Below, in pieces: positions 20,381 to 31,131 of a stretch of 64,000 nucleotides of DNA; position 1 is the first letter of the stretch, and each line of letters opens with the position of its first letter. The notes under the pieces are model-generated. The model searched no databases, was not told where the DNA came from, and worked only from the letters and a program-made list of their open reading frames with translations. The translations under genes and the position numbers were made by a program. Source of the DNA: an uncultured Acidimicrobiia bacterium (GTDB taxonomy: Bacteria > Actinomycetota > Acidimicrobiia > Acidimicrobiales > AC-14); the NCBI GenBank assembly GCA_963836205.1, contig CAWIIV010000007.1:64001-128000 (forward strand), read 5' to 3'.

Positions 20381-21361
20381 GTGACCCCCGAACAGCTGCA
20401 CACGCCCGACCGCAACCTGGCCATGGAGTTCGTCCGGGCCACCGAGGCGGGGGCGATGGCCGCCGCCCGGTGGATGGGCCGGGGCGAGAAGGAGGAGGCC
20501 GACGGGGCCGCGGTGGAGGCCATGCGCCTGTTCCTCAACAGCGTCCTCATGACCGGCGTCGTCGTCATCGGGGAGGGGGAGAAGGACGAGGCTCCCATGC
20601 TCTACAACGGTGAGGAGCTGGGCCGGGGGGGCCCGCCCGAGGTCGACATCGCCGTCGACCCGGTGGAGGGCACCACCCTCGCCGCCCTGGGCCGGCCCAA
20701 CGCCCTGTCGGTGATCGCGGCCAGCGAGCGGGGGACGATGTTCGACCCCGGACCCTGCTTCTACATGAACAAGGTGGCGGTGGGCGCGGCCGCGGCCGGT
20801 TCGATCGACATCGACCGTCCCCCCCGGGAGAACCTGGAGGCGGTGGCCAAGGCCCTCGGCCTGCCGGTGAGCGACGTCACCGCGGTCGTCCTCGACCGTC
20901 CCCGCCACGCCGACCTCATCGCCGAGATCCGGGCCGCGGGCGCCCGCATCCGCCTCATCGAGCACGGCGACGTGGCCGGCGGCATCTCCACCGGCTGGCC
21001 CGACGCCGCCGGCGACATCCTCTTCGGCATCGGCGGCACCCCCGAGGGCGTCATCACCGCCGCCGCCCTCAAGTGCATGGGCGGCGAGATGCAGGCCCGC
21101 CTCTGGCCCAAGGACGACACCGAGCGCCAACGGGTGATCGACGCCGGCATCGACCCCGACCGCGTCCTCGGCACCCACGACCTGGTCCGGGGCGACAACT
21201 GCTTCTTCGCCTGCACCGGCATCACCGACGGCGAGCTGTGCCGGGGCGTCCGCTACGACGCCCGGGGCGTCACCACCGAGTCACTGGTGATGCGCTCCCA
21301 GTCGGGCACCGTCCGCAAGATCACCGCCGTCTACCCCCCCGGCCACGCCTGGGCCCACTGA
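20381..21361 (+). CDS. glpX: fructose-1,6-bisphosphatase class II
   Basis: [44 protein letters not shown]. Confidence 0.97.
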   Translation: MTPEQLHTPDRNLAMEFVRATEAGAMAAARWMGRGEKEEADGAAVEAMRLFLNSVLMTGVVVIGEGEKDEAPMLYNGEELGRGGPPEVDIAVDPVEGTTLAALGRPNALSVIAASERGTMFDPGPCFYMNKVAVGAAAAGSIDIDRPPRENLEAVAKALGLPVSDVTAVVLDRPRHADLIAEIRAAGARIRLIEHGDVAGGISTGWPDAAGDILFGIGGTPEGVITAAALKCMGGEMQARLWPKDDTERQRVIDAGIDPDRVLGTHDLVRGDNCFFACTGITDGELCRGVRYDARGVTTESLVMRSQSGTVRKITAVYPPGHAWAH

Positions 21362-21376
21362 GGCCGGCGGCCCGGC

Positions 21377-22783
21377 TCAGGCGAGGAGCGCGAGCAGGGC
21401 CCGGCGGTCGGGCCCGGGCATTCGCAGGGGCGGGCCCGGGGGCACCGCCCCGACCTTCTCCATGAACCCGGGCCGGGCGAAGACCTCCTGGGGCAGGGCC
21501 AGGCACATGGCCGTCTCCAGGACACCCCGGAACACGTCCGGGTCGTGGAACATGGCTCCCCCCACCGCCACCATCGTGGGGTCGGGCGCCGGCGGCTCGT
21601 CGCCTCGGCGGAGGGCGTCCATCTCGGCAATCCGCCGACGGTCGGCCGTGATCTGGTTCCAGTAGTAGGGCGCCACCCGCTCCTCGGTCACCTGGTCGAA
21701 CGCCCTCACGAGTCCCTCGGGGTCAGCCACACCCCATGTCCGCACCACCTGCCGCAGTCCCTGGGCATGGACGAGCCCGACGGTGATGCCCCGCCCGGCG
21801 GACGGGTTGGTGCACGCCCACGCGTCCCCCACCGCGACCACGCCCGTCGCCACCGGTTGGTCGTCCACCACGAACCGCCGGTAGCGGTCGAGCACGCCGG
21901 CCATGGTGAGCACGCCCGTGATCGGTTCCCCCCGCACCCAGCCCGCCTGCAAGGGGCAGGCTTTCACCACCGCGGTGAACCGGTCGGCGTCCTTGAGCCC
22001 CCGCAGGGCGGTGTCGGCCGACGCCGCCCACACCGTCACCGACCACGTGCCGTTGTCGCCGGGGATGGTGAGCAGGGAGATGGTGCCGATCTCGGAGATC
22101 GGCGACGACAACACGCGGGGCAGCCTCGGGCCGGTGAAATACCGGGTGTGGTAGACGAACCCGGAGTCCTCCGACTCGACGTGGGGACGACGAGCGCCTA
22201 CCGCCTCCAGCCACTCGGCCAGGCGGGTGCGGCGGCCAGTGGCGTCGAGGACGAGGTCGGCGGCCAGCTCGTCGCCGTCGGTCGTGTGCACCCCGACCAC
22301 GTGGGGCACGCCCGCCACCACCTCCTCCGCCGCCGGTCCAGCAAGTAGTCCCGCGCCGGCGACGCCCCGCCGAACCTCCACCCCGTCCTCCGCTTCCGCC
22401 GCCTGGGCGAGCACCGCCTCGATCACCGGCCGCCGCCCGGTGACGAACCGGAACCGGTCGTCGCCGTCCTGCGGGGTCTTGTCGAGCGACGGCGGGGCCA
22501 TGCCGATGGGATCCACCCACACGCAGCCGGCCTCGACCAACCGGTCGACCACGCCCGGCAGTTCCTCGTCGAGGATGAGACGAGCCCGGGAGAACAGGTT
22601 GTGGGGCTGGTGGAACTGGGCCACTCCCGGCCGCGACCACCCCTCCCAGGCGTCGGCGGCCGGGCCCGGCGGCGGGGGCGACCCGTCCCGCTCCAAGACG
22701 GTCACCCGGTGGCCGTCCCGGGCCAGCATCATCGCCGACGCCAGCCCGATGACACTTCCCCCGCACACCACGATCGACGCCAT
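21377..22783 (-). CDS. FAD-dependent oxidoreductase (monooxygenase/halogenase-like fold)
   Basis: N-terminal Rossmann motif VVCGGSVIG...VLERD, LDATGR, VGDAWACTNPSAGRG. Confidence 0.85.
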   Translation of the reverse strand: MASIVVCGGSVIGLASAMMLARDGHRVTVLERDGSPPPPGPAADAWEGWSRPGVAQFHQPHNLFSRARLILDEELPGVVDRLVEAGCVWVDPIGMAPPSLDKTPQDGDDRFRFVTGRRPVIEAVLAQAAEAEDGVEVRRGVAGAGLLAGPAAEEVVAGVPHVVGVHTTDGDELAADLVLDATGRRTRLAEWLEAVGARRPHVESEDSGFVYHTRYFTGPRLPRVLSSPISEIGTISLLTIPGDNGTWSVTVWAASADTALRGLKDADRFTAVVKACPLQAGWVRGEPITGVLTMAGVLDRYRRFVVDDQPVATGVVAVGDAWACTNPSAGRGITVGLVHAQGLRQVVRTWGVADPEGLVRAFDQVTEERVAPYYWNQITADRRRIAEMDALRRGDEPPAPDPTMVAVGGAMFHDPDVFRGVLETAMCLALPQEVFARPGFMEKVGAVPPGPPLRMPGPDRRALLALLA

Positions 22784-22828
22784 CGCCACCACGGTACGGC
22801 GCCATGAGTTCTCCCGACCGCCGCCGGA

Positions 22829-24454
22829 TCAGAACTCGGGCAGCTTTTGCTGGCGACCGATCAGGGCGACAAGGGGGTCTCCCCGACCATTCCGATTACC
22901 TGGGGCCAGCCGGTCGAGGACGGTGCGGATCGTCCACCGGTCGGGGCGGAGGTCGGGGTCGTCGAGCTCGTCCCACTCGATCGGCACCGACACCGGGGCT
23001 CCCGGGGACGGGCGGGCGCTGAACGGGGCCACCAGGGTCTTGTTGATAGCGTTCTGGGTGTAGTCGAGGCGGGCCAGGCCGTGGCGGCGGTTGGTCTCCC
23101 ACTCCCAGCTGACCAGCTCGGGCACCGTCGCACCCACCGCCCGGGACACCTTCTCCACCCACTTGCGGGTCTCGGCGAACGTGTAGCCGTCGGCGACCGG
23201 CACCCAGATCTGGATGCCCCGCTTGCCCGTCACCTTGGGCATCCCGGCCACGCCCAGGTGCTCCAGGGCGGTGCGGTAGAGCCGGGCCAGGACGACGACA
23301 TCGTCGAACGTCACCTTGGGCCCGGGGTCGATGTCGATGAGGGCCCACGTCGGCTGGTGGACGTCGGGGAGCCGCGACGTCCACGCGTGCAGCTCGAGGC
23401 CCCCGTAGTTCGCCATCCAGGCCAGGGCGGGGACGCTGTCGACCACGAAGTACAACGCCGTCTCGCCCGGGTCGACGTCCTCCCGATGCCAGCGGGTCAG
23501 CCACTCGGGGGCGTGGCTCGGCACCTCCTTGTGCCAGAACCCGGGCTTGCCCGCCCCGTCGGGGAAGCGGTTGAGGTTGATGGGCCGGTCGTACAGGTAG
23601 GGGAGCATGAAGGGCGCGACCCGGGCGTGGTAGCGGATGAGGTCCCGCTTGGTCACCGCGTCCTCCCCGTCCCGGGCGGGAAAGAGGACCTTGTCGAGGT
23701 TGGTGAGCTTCAGCTCCTGGCCCTGGAGGGTCCACGTGCCGGCCTTGCCCAGGGCGTCGAGGGCGGCGAGTTCCTCGTCGGTCGGCGGGTCCCACGTGGG
23801 CGGCGGGCCGCTCCCCAGCTGGACGGCGGCCTCGGCCGCGGGCCGGTCGCTGTGCCACTCCACGTCGGGCGCGGCCAACACCTCGTCGTTGGTGCGCCCG
23901 GTCTTGACCGAACGGGGGTGCTCCTCCGGGTCCCACCCCGACTGGGCGTGGTCGTCCTTCTTGTGGAGCAGCAGCCACTGCTCCTTGCCGCCTTTGTCCT
24001 TGTCCCTATCGGTGCGGACGAGGACGAAGCGCCCGGCCAGCTTCTCTCCTTGGAGGTCGAAGTGAAGCTCGCCCTGGTCGATGGCGGCGGCCGCGTCGGC
24101 GTCGGCGGGGCGCGACGGCTGCCAGGTCCCCCAGTCCCAGACGATCACGTCGCCCCCGCCGTAGGAGCCCTTGGGGATGACGCCCTCGAAGTCGAAGTAC
24201 TCGATGGGATGGTCCTCCACGTGGACGGCCAGCCGGCGAGCCTTGGGGTCGAGGGTCGGGCCCTGCGGAACGGCCCAGCTGGCCAGCACCCCGTCGACCT
24301 CCAGCCGGAAGTCGTAGTGGAGCCGGCTGGCCCGGTGTCGCTGCACGACGAAACGCCTTGAGCCGGGTGACGTCGCGCCCCCGGCCGGCTCGGCGGTGAC
24401 GGTGAAGTCACGCTTGGCCCGGTAGGTCTTCAGCCGCTCCTGGGGATCGGGCAT
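22829..24454 (-). CDS. ligD: LigD-type NHEJ protein: 3'-phosphoesterase plus polymerase/primase domains, no ligase domain
   Basis: YRAKRDF..T.EP, FVVQRH.A.RLHYDFRLE, SWAVP, VEDHP (PE); LTNLDKVLFP, RFPDG, DIDP, KVTGKRG, RLDYTQN (Pol). Confidence 0.9.
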   Translation of the reverse strand: MPDPQERLKTYRAKRDFTVTAEPAGGATSPGSRRFVVQRHRASRLHYDFRLEVDGVLASWAVPQGPTLDPKARRLAVHVEDHPIEYFDFEGVIPKGSYGGGDVIVWDWGTWQPSRPADADAAAAIDQGELHFDLQGEKLAGRFVLVRTDRDKDKGGKEQWLLLHKKDDHAQSGWDPEEHPRSVKTGRTNDEVLAAPDVEWHSDRPAAEAAVQLGSGPPPTWDPPTDEELAALDALGKAGTWTLQGQELKLTNLDKVLFPARDGEDAVTKRDLIRYHARVAPFMLPYLYDRPINLNRFPDGAGKPGFWHKEVPSHAPEWLTRWHREDVDPGETALYFVVDSVPALAWMANYGGLELHAWTSRLPDVHQPTWALIDIDPGPKVTFDDVVVLARLYRTALEHLGVAGMPKVTGKRGIQIWVPVADGYTFAETRKWVEKVSRAVGATVPELVSWEWETNRRHGLARLDYTQNAINKTLVAPFSARPSPGAPVSVPIEWDELDDPDLRPDRWTIRTVLDRLAPGNRNGRGDPLVALIGRQQKLPEF

Positions 24455-24522
24455 CCCGCCTTCCTACCCGAACCGGTGACGATCAGCGCCGCGCACCGGA
24501 GTCCAGCGCCACCGGTTCGTCG

Positions 24523-25113
24523 TCAGGTGGCCGACCAGGCGGGGTCGCGGCCGGCGAGACCGACGACCCGGTCGATGAGGGGGGCCGAGTCGGGCTGCTC
24601 CACGGGCGGCCCGAACAGGCCTTGGCGGCCTTCCTCGTCCCCGGCCGCGACCTCGGCCACGAAGGCGTGCACCGCCTCCAGCGAGGCCGGGTCGCAGTCG
24701 TAGGGCTGGCCGCTGGCCCGGGCCACGTCCCAGCCGTGGACGACGAGCTCGTCGAGGGCGACCACGCCGGCCACCTCGCCCGGCAGGTCGATGCCGCCGG
24801 CCTGGGTCATGCCCTGCCACGCGGCCGGGTCCCGCCACGCCTCGGCCAGGGCGGCCAGTTGGCGGGGGATCTGGGTGCGCCAGTCGTCCGCCAATCGGGA
24901 CGCGTCGCCCGCCGGCCCCTGCGTCGTGGCCCCGCGGTCGAAGTCCTTGGCCGCGGCCGCGGTGAAGGCCGTTGCCAGCCCGCCGACGTGCTCGACCAGA
25001 TCGCCCAGCGAGTAGTCGGGACACGGCGTCGGCCCGGACAGGAGGTCGTCGGGGACGTTGGCGATCAGCTCGGCCATGCGCGTGGCGGCCGGTTCGAGGT
25101 CGACGGTCGTCAT
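24523..25113 (-). CDS. TIGR03086-type DinB/MDMPI family metal-binding protein
   Basis: PTPCPDYSLGDLVEH, ELVVHGWDVARASGQ, GRDP C-terminus. Confidence 0.85.
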   Translation of the reverse strand: MTTVDLEPAATRMAELIANVPDDLLSGPTPCPDYSLGDLVEHVGGLATAFTAAAAKDFDRGATTQGPAGDASRLADDWRTQIPRQLAALAEAWRDPAAWQGMTQAGGIDLPGEVAGVVALDELVVHGWDVARASGQPYDCDPASLEAVHAFVAEVAAGDEEGRQGLFGPPVEQPDSAPLIDRVVGLAGRDPAWSAT

Positions 25114-25271
25114 CAGAGGCGCTCCTCAGGGGTGGCGGTCGTGGTTCTCCCCAGTATGACGACGGGGGGCCGCCGAACTCGTCGGTGTCGGCGTCGTCAG
25201 CCGCGCTTGCCGGCCTGCGAGCGGGGGTAGGGATGCGCCTAGCCGCCGCCCGGAGTCCAGGAGGTCGCCCG

Positions 25272-26240
25272 ATGGTTGCCTACGGCTACACCCTGTCCAG
25301 CGAGGAGCACGGACCCTCCGACCTGGTGCACAACGCCCGCCGGGCGGAGGAGCTCGACTTCGATTTCGTCTCGGTCTCCGACCACTTCCATCCGTGGGTG
25401 AGCGCCCAGGGCCACAGCCCGTTCGTGTGGTCGGTGCTCGGGGCCATCGCCGCCTCCACCGAGCGGCTGCGGGTCGGCGTCGGCGTCACCTGCCCGATCA
25501 TCCGCATCCACCCCGCCATCGTCGCCCAGGCCACCGCCACCACCTCGCTCCTGTTCGAGGGCCGCTTCTTCTTCGGCGTGGGGTCGGGCGAGGCGCTCAA
25601 CGAGCACATCCTGGGCGAGCGGTGGCCGCCGCCCGGGGTTCGCCTGGCGATGCTGGAGGAGGCGGTCGAGCTGATCCGCAAGCTGTGGACGGGCAAGACC
25701 GTCGACCACCGGGGGGAGTACTACGAGGTCGAGAACGCTCGCCTCTTCGATCCCCCGACCGACCCGCCACCGGTCGTCGTGTCCGCCTTCGGGCCGAAGG
25801 CCATCGCCCTCGCCGCCCGCATCGGCGACGGCTACTGGGGCAACGCCCCCGAGCGCGAGCTGATCGACGGCTACCGCGACGGTGGCGGCACCGGTCCCCG
25901 CTACGCCCAGCTCGACATCTGTTGGGCCGACGACGAGGCGGTCGCCCGCAAGACGGTGCACGAGGTGTGGCCCAACGGCGGCGTCCCCGGCCAGCTCTCC
26001 CAGGACCTGCCCACGTGGACCCATTTCGAGGAAGCGGCCAAGCTGGTGACCGAGGAGGACGCCACCAAGTCGGTGCCGTGCGGGCCTGCGGTCGAGCCCG
26101 TCGTCGAATCCGTCCGCCAGTACCTCGACGCCGGCTACGACCACCTCTATTTCCACCAGATCGGCCCTGACCAGGACGGATTCTTCCGCTTCTGGTCGGA
26201 ACAGCTGCAACCGGCACTGGCCGACCTCGACGACACCTGA
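25272..26240 (+). CDS. F420-dependent LLM-class oxidoreductase (TIGR03557-like)
   Basis: LSSEEHGP, SDHFHPW, GVTCP, GVGSGEALNEH, HQIGPDQ; GGAGG RBS. Confidence 0.9.
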   Translation: MVAYGYTLSSEEHGPSDLVHNARRAEELDFDFVSVSDHFHPWVSAQGHSPFVWSVLGAIAASTERLRVGVGVTCPIIRIHPAIVAQATATTSLLFEGRFFFGVGSGEALNEHILGERWPPPGVRLAMLEEAVELIRKLWTGKTVDHRGEYYEVENARLFDPPTDPPPVVVSAFGPKAIALAARIGDGYWGNAPERELIDGYRDGGGTGPRYAQLDICWADDEAVARKTVHEVWPNGGVPGQLSQDLPTWTHFEEAAKLVTEEDATKSVPCGPAVEPVVESVRQYLDAGYDHLYFHQIGPDQDGFFRFWSEQLQPALADLDDT

Positions 26241-26255
26241 GCCCGGGGACGCGGC

Positions 26256-27965
26256 TCAGCCGCGGTTGATGGCCATCCAGAACCCGCGCCTGGGCAATGC
26301 GCCGCGGAGCTTCTCGAGGTCGATCCGCTCGCGGTTGCGCTGAGCCCGGCTCTGCTCGGCCGCCTCGCCGACCGTCGGCCAGTGCCGGTCGGGAAGCAGG
26401 CTCGGATTGCCGGTCTTCTTGGCCTCGGCCTCGAGGTCGGGGCTGACGAGCGGGATGCCGGTCGGCGCGGTCCCGGCGGCGCTCATCTTCCGCTGGAGCC
26501 GGGCGTGCAGCTCCCGCAGCCGCGGCTCGTCGTCGACGAGGCCGGCCAGATTCGAGTCCTCGGACGGGTCGGCCTTCAGGTCGTACATCTCGTACTCGAA
26601 CTTGCTGGCGATCGTGTTGAAGTACACCGCGTAGAGCCACTCGCCGGTGCGAATCGCCCGGATGTACGGCGGAATCTCGCCCGACAGATAGCCGTCGTCG
26701 TACGTGAAGTGGACCAACTCCTGCACCTGGGTGTCGGGGTCTTCGAGCACCGGGCCCAGGTCGACCCCGCGAAAGACGTACTCGTAGAAGTCGTACGAGC
26801 CCGCGATCCGGGCCAGCGTCGGCAGGAGGTCGATGCTGCTGGCCAGGGCCTCGGTCTCCCGCGGCTCGGGAAAGAGCAGGGGATTGGAGATGATCAGCGG
26901 CACGTGGATGGTCTCCTCGTAGGCGTTGTACATCTTCTCCCGCATCCCGTGCGCCACCCCCATCTCACCGTGGTCGGCGAAGCGCACGATGAGGGTCGAC
27001 TCGGTGAGCCCCCGTTCGTCGAGCGCGTCGAGGACGGCGGTCACGTGACGGTCGGCCAGCGTCTGCAGGTAGGCGTAGAAGTTGACGTAGGCGCTCTGGT
27101 TGGCCGGCAGCCTCATGCTCTTGTCGGGCCCGAACTCCTTCTCGGTCAGGGAGTCGTACTGGGCCCGGAAGTACTCCTGCGCCATCGGCTTGGTGACGAG
27201 ATCCTCGTCCGCGTTGGCGGGTATGGGCAGGCCGAACTCGCTACCCAGTCCCGGTACGTAGCCGCTGCCGGGGGCGAAGCCCGGCGCGGCCCAGATGTCG
27301 TGCGGGTTCACGATGGAGACGACCAGACAGAACGGTCCGTCTGCGGGGTCGACGGTGCGCAGGAACTCGAGCGCGCTCTGGCCGGCCGGCGAATCCCGGT
27401 CCCCGGGCAGGCGGACGCCGGTGGTGAAGCGGGCGTCGTTGTCGTACAGGTCGCCGCCGCCGAGGGTGCTGTAGTCGTCGATCGAGTCCCCGGCGTCGTT
27501 GGGGTTCCAGTCGTCGAACCCGTAGGCCGTGCGGATGAAGTCGACGTCGTCCTCAGTCCAACGATTCGTCCCGTCGACCGGCAGGCTGAGGTGCCACTTG
27601 CCCTTCCAGACCACCCTGTAGCCGGCGGCTTTCAGGACCCGCGCCAGGTTCGGCTGGGTCGGCAGGAGCGGTTGTTGTTCGAATCCCGGCGGCGCGTCGC
27701 CGTTGCTGCCGTCGCCCGGCATCGACAGCGTGTGCAAGACCCCGGTCTGGGCCGGATAGGTGCCCGTCAGCATCGCCCCCCGGCTCGGCGAGCAGGCACA
27801 CGTGGCGGTGAAGAAGTTGCGGAAGGTCAGGCCGTGCCGCATGAGCCGATTCATCGCCGGGAGGTGCTCGACCGCCCACTCGACGGGCCAGTCGCGCTCG
27901 AACCGCTGCTGGTCGTTCAACAAGATGAGGATGTTCGGCTTCATCGGAAGCTTCTCGAGACCCAT
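26256..27965 (-). CDS. formylglycine-dependent sulfatase
   Basis: KPNILILLNDQ, CSPSRGAMLTG (CxPxR), GKWHL, NPHD, ADHGE; no signal peptide. Confidence 0.9.
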   Translation of the reverse strand: MGLEKLPMKPNILILLNDQQRFERDWPVEWAVEHLPAMNRLMRHGLTFRNFFTATCACSPSRGAMLTGTYPAQTGVLHTLSMPGDGSNGDAPPGFEQQPLLPTQPNLARVLKAAGYRVVWKGKWHLSLPVDGTNRWTEDDVDFIRTAYGFDDWNPNDAGDSIDDYSTLGGGDLYDNDARFTTGVRLPGDRDSPAGQSALEFLRTVDPADGPFCLVVSIVNPHDIWAAPGFAPGSGYVPGLGSEFGLPIPANADEDLVTKPMAQEYFRAQYDSLTEKEFGPDKSMRLPANQSAYVNFYAYLQTLADRHVTAVLDALDERGLTESTLIVRFADHGEMGVAHGMREKMYNAYEETIHVPLIISNPLLFPEPRETEALASSIDLLPTLARIAGSYDFYEYVFRGVDLGPVLEDPDTQVQELVHFTYDDGYLSGEIPPYIRAIRTGEWLYAVYFNTIASKFEYEMYDLKADPSEDSNLAGLVDDEPRLRELHARLQRKMSAAGTAPTGIPLVSPDLEAEAKKTGNPSLLPDRHWPTVGEAAEQSRAQRNRERIDLEKLRGALPRRGFWMAINRG

Positions 27966-28120
27966 GTCCGTCTCCTTGTGAGGTCCTACGGTCTTCTACC
28001 TCTTCTTGGTGGCTGGCGTCCGTCCTCCTGGGAGAATGTGCCGCCGTTGTATCGGTCGATGTCCCACACCGCGTGTGGCCGGTTCGGCTCGAAACACCTG
28101 CGCCCGATTGATTGACGGGT

Positions 28121-28594
28121 TTACCTGGCACCCGTCACGCAGAGCGGCCCGATGATGCAGCGGCAGTGATCGAGATCGTCCTCGATATTCTCCACGACGG
28201 CGTCGAGCCTCCTGTTGAGATGGATCATTGCCGAGTTGTCGCGGTGGACGACCGACGAAACCGCCACCGCGCCCGCGGCCTTGGCTTCAGCCATTACGGC
28301 CTCCTTGAGCATCCGGCCGTAGCCCTTGCGCTGGTGGCGCAAAGCGACTGCGACGACATCGCTTCGGCACAGGACTGGAGGCATCACGTCGTAGATTCGC
28401 CACGAAGCGACACCACAGAGCACGGCGTTCTCATCGAACAGCCCTACTGCAGACACACAACCAGCGACGAGCTGGTCGGTGAGGTCGTGCCTGACGACCT
28501 CCTGGACCGCCTCCGTCCATGCTTCGCCGATTCTGGCGCAGGTAAAGGTGGCAAGCAGCTCTCGATCGGCGGCGGTGAGCGGCCGGATCGTCAC
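28121..28594 (-). CDS. GNAT acetyltransferase (putative toxin partner of Panacea protein)
   Basis: VAVALRHQRKGYGRML acetyl-CoA motif A, N..MIHLNRRL; 8 bp downstream of the Panacea gene. Confidence 0.75.
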   Translation of the reverse strand: MTIRPLTAADRELLATFTCARIGEAWTEAVQEVVRHDLTDQLVAGCVSAVGLFDENAVLCGVASWRIYDVMPPVLCRSDVVAVALRHQRKGYGRMLKEAVMAEAKAAGAVAVSSVVHRDNSAMIHLNRRLDAVVENIEDDLDHCRCIIGPLCVTGAR

Positions 28595-28602
28595 CGGATC
28601 GG

Positions 28603-29151
28603 TCAGGTTCGAACGCTGTCGCCCAAGATCCGGAGTGTTGCCTCGCGGAGGACATCCGGCATCGGGGGACCCTCAAGGCCGTAGACGTCCCGTCGCTCGC
28701 GCAGCCTTGCAACCGCGGCCCTTTGGGCGAGGTATTCGTCATCCTGGCCAAACCACGACAGGAGTGCGTGGTGGGTTATTTCCGGGTTCTCCGTGGCGAA
28801 GCTTTCGTCGCTCTCGCTCACATCCCTCCACGGGTCTTCGAGATGGGTCTTCCTCACCAACTCGCGGCCCGTGTACCTCCCATAGCGTCCGACCACATAG
28901 TCGATGACCGCGAGTTGGTCGTCATCCGGTTGCTGCGCCGGGGGGAGAAGGCGGCCCCGCTTTTCGTCGTGCCAGAGATCGGCGACGACCGGTCCGTTCG
29001 TCCAAGCCTCGATCTGCTCTGGGAACATGCATTCGCCAGTTCGTACGATGTGCCAACCCTGGCAGTAGTACACGAGCTTGTGTATCTTCAGGTCGCCTAC
29101 CTGAGGCAGCCGGTGGCGCAACTCACGGGCGACATCGTGCGCAGACAGCAT
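28603..29151 (-). CDS. Panacea domain (DUF4065/SocA-like) antitoxin
   Basis: LKIHKLVYYCQGWH...FPEQIEAWTNGPVV...ELVRKTHLEDPW; AGGAGG RBS. Confidence 0.85.
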   Translation of the reverse strand: MLSAHDVARELRHRLPQVGDLKIHKLVYYCQGWHIVRTGECMFPEQIEAWTNGPVVADLWHDEKRGRLLPPAQQPDDDQLAVIDYVVGRYGRYTGRELVRKTHLEDPWRDVSESDESFATENPEITHHALLSWFGQDDEYLAQRAAVARLRERRDVYGLEGPPMPDVLREATLRILGDSVRT

Positions 29152-29279
29152 GGGCGGCACCTCCTTTCCTGTCTCTACCAACGGTAACGAATGGCTGGGA
29201 CAGCTTCGGTGACCCCGCCGGAACGTTAACACCGCAGTCTGACGACACGTTGGCCGACGCCGCCGCAACGCCGTCCTAG

Positions 29280-30275
29280 TTACGCGGGAAGCAGCGCCGC
29301 TCCGATCGGCGAGGACTTCGCGTCGACAGTGGGGGCGCCGGTCGTCACCCGGACCGAGACCGCCGACCCCACCTCGAGGCCGAGGGACAGAGAGTCCGTC
29401 CGGGTCATCGTCGCGACCACGACCTGATCGGCGGTCGCGATCTCGAGCCGTACCTCGAATCCGACGCGGACGACCCGGTTGACGCGCCCTTGGACGGCGT
29501 CCGCGACCGCCGGGCCGGCTCGAACCTCCAGGTCGTGCGGGCGGACCAGCTTCGGGCCGAGCTGGGTCACCGGGCCCAGGAAGCGCATGACGAAGTCGCC
29601 GCTCGGAGAGTCGTAGAGGTCGTCGGGTGAGCCGATCTGCTCCACCCGACCTTCGTTGATGACGACGATCTCGTCGGCCACCTCCAGCGCCTCCTCCTGA
29701 TCGTGGGTGACGAAGACGGTGGTGACGTGGACCTCGTCGTGGAGGCGGCGCAGCCAGTCCCGCAGCTCCTTGCGCACCTGGGCGTCGAGGGCGCCGCACG
29801 GCTCGTCGAGGAGAAGCACCTTGGGCTCCACTGCCAGCGCTCGGGCCAGCGCCATCCGCTGCCGCTGGCCGCCCGAGAGCTGGGACGGGAGCCGGTCGGC
29901 GAACTGCTCGAGGTGCACCAACGCCAGCAGCTCGTGGACCCGCTCCTTGATCTCGGCCTTGGGCCGCTTGCGGATCTCCAGGCCGAACGCCACGTTGCGG
30001 CACACCGACAGGTGCTTGAAGGCGGCGTAGTCCTGGAACACGAACCCGATCTTCCGCCGCTCGGGCGGAAGATCGGTGGCGTCGACGCCCTCGATCTCCA
30101 CCCGGCCGTCGTCGGCCCGCTCCAGGCCGGCGATGATGCGCAGCAGCGTCGACTTGCCACCCCCACTGGGGCCGAGCAGGGCCGTGAGTTGGCCGGTCGG
30201 GATGCTCACCGAGACGTTGTCGAGGGCCACGAAGTCGCCGAAGCGCTTGTTGAGGTTGATGACCTCGATACTCAT
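29280..30275 (-). CDS. cysA: sulfate ABC transporter ATP-binding subunit (possibly decaying)
   Basis: [27 protein letters not shown] (F>C versus the usual motif), [12 protein letters not shown]-like tail. Confidence 0.9.
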   Translation of the reverse strand: MSIEVINLNKRFGDFVALDNVSVSIPTGQLTALLGPSGGGKSTLLRIIAGLERADDGRVEIEGVDATDLPPERRKIGFVFQDYAAFKHLSVCRNVAFGLEIRKRPKAEIKERVHELLALVHLEQFADRLPSQLSGGQRQRMALARALAVEPKVLLLDEPCGALDAQVRKELRDWLRRLHDEVHVTTVFVTHDQEEALEVADEIVVINEGRVEQIGSPDDLYDSPSGDFVMRFLGPVTQLGPKLVRPHDLEVRAGPAVADAVQGRVNRVVRVGFEVRLEIATADQVVVATMTRTDSLSLGLEVGSAVSVRVTTGAPTVDAKSSPIGAALLPA

Positions 30276-30285
30276 GTCCGGGGGC

Positions 30286-31131
30286 TCACTGTTCCTTCGG
30301 TCGGAGGATGGAGACGATCACGATGCAGGCGACGGAGATCAAGGCGAGCAGGAAGGCGGTGGCGTAGGCCCCGCCCCTGGTCGAAGTTGAGGTACTTCTC
30401 CTCCACCACGAGCGTGGCCGTTCGCGTCTCCCCCAGGATGTTGTCGGACACGACCTTGACCGCGCCGAACTCCCCCAGCGATCGGGCCAGGCTGAGGACG
30501 ACGCCGTAGACGATCGCCCACTTGATCGCCGGCAAGGTGATGCGGCGGAAGGTCTGCAAGGCGCTCGCCCCCAGGCTGTGGGCGGCCTGCTCCTGCTCGA
30601 CGCCGATCTCCTCGAGCACCGGCACCACCTCCCGGATGACGAGCGGGAGGGCCACGAACACCGGCCATCACGATCCCGGGAGTGTTGAAGATCACCCGGA
30701 GTCCGGCGCCCTCGAGCGTGGGCCCGAACCAGCCGTCCCGACCCCCGTACACCAGGACCAGGGCGAGGCCCACCACGATCGGCGACACCGACAGGGGCAG
30801 GTCGATGAGGGCGCTCAGGATCCGCTTGCCCGGGAACTGGTACCGCGTCAGTAGCATCGAGATACCGACGCCGAAGACGGTGTTGATCACCACCGCGATG
30901 ACGGCCACGGTGACGGTGAGGCGCAGGGCGTGGACGATGTCGGGGTCGTCGAGCACGCGCCCGCAGGTTGTCGAGGCCGCCGGCGAAGGTCTTGCGGGCA
31001 ACGAGCGACACCGGCCACGCCACCAGGAGGAACAGATAGGCGGTGGCGATCAGACGGAAGACGTAGGTGCTGACGGTGGGCTTCGGTTTGTACCGGCGAC
31101 CCACGGCCGGCACCGGGGGATGGTCAACCAC
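30286..31131 (-). pseudogene. cysW: sulfate ABC permease, frameshifted
   Basis: Homology split over frames: YLFLLVAWPV / DLPLSVSPIVVGLAL / FVALPLVIREVVPVLEEIG...SLGEFGAV / GAYATAFLL. Confidence 0.85.

Noticed and set aside
17075-21178. 1367-aa ORF suggesting a giant HutU fusion
   Set aside because: Only the last 546 aa are HutU; the extension is an off-frame reading of hutH and antisense to glpX, a high-GC artefact
28603-30003. 466-aa ORF as a long Panacea fusion
   Set aside because: The N-terminal part is an alternate frame of cysA; the real start is at 29151 with an AGGAGG RBS
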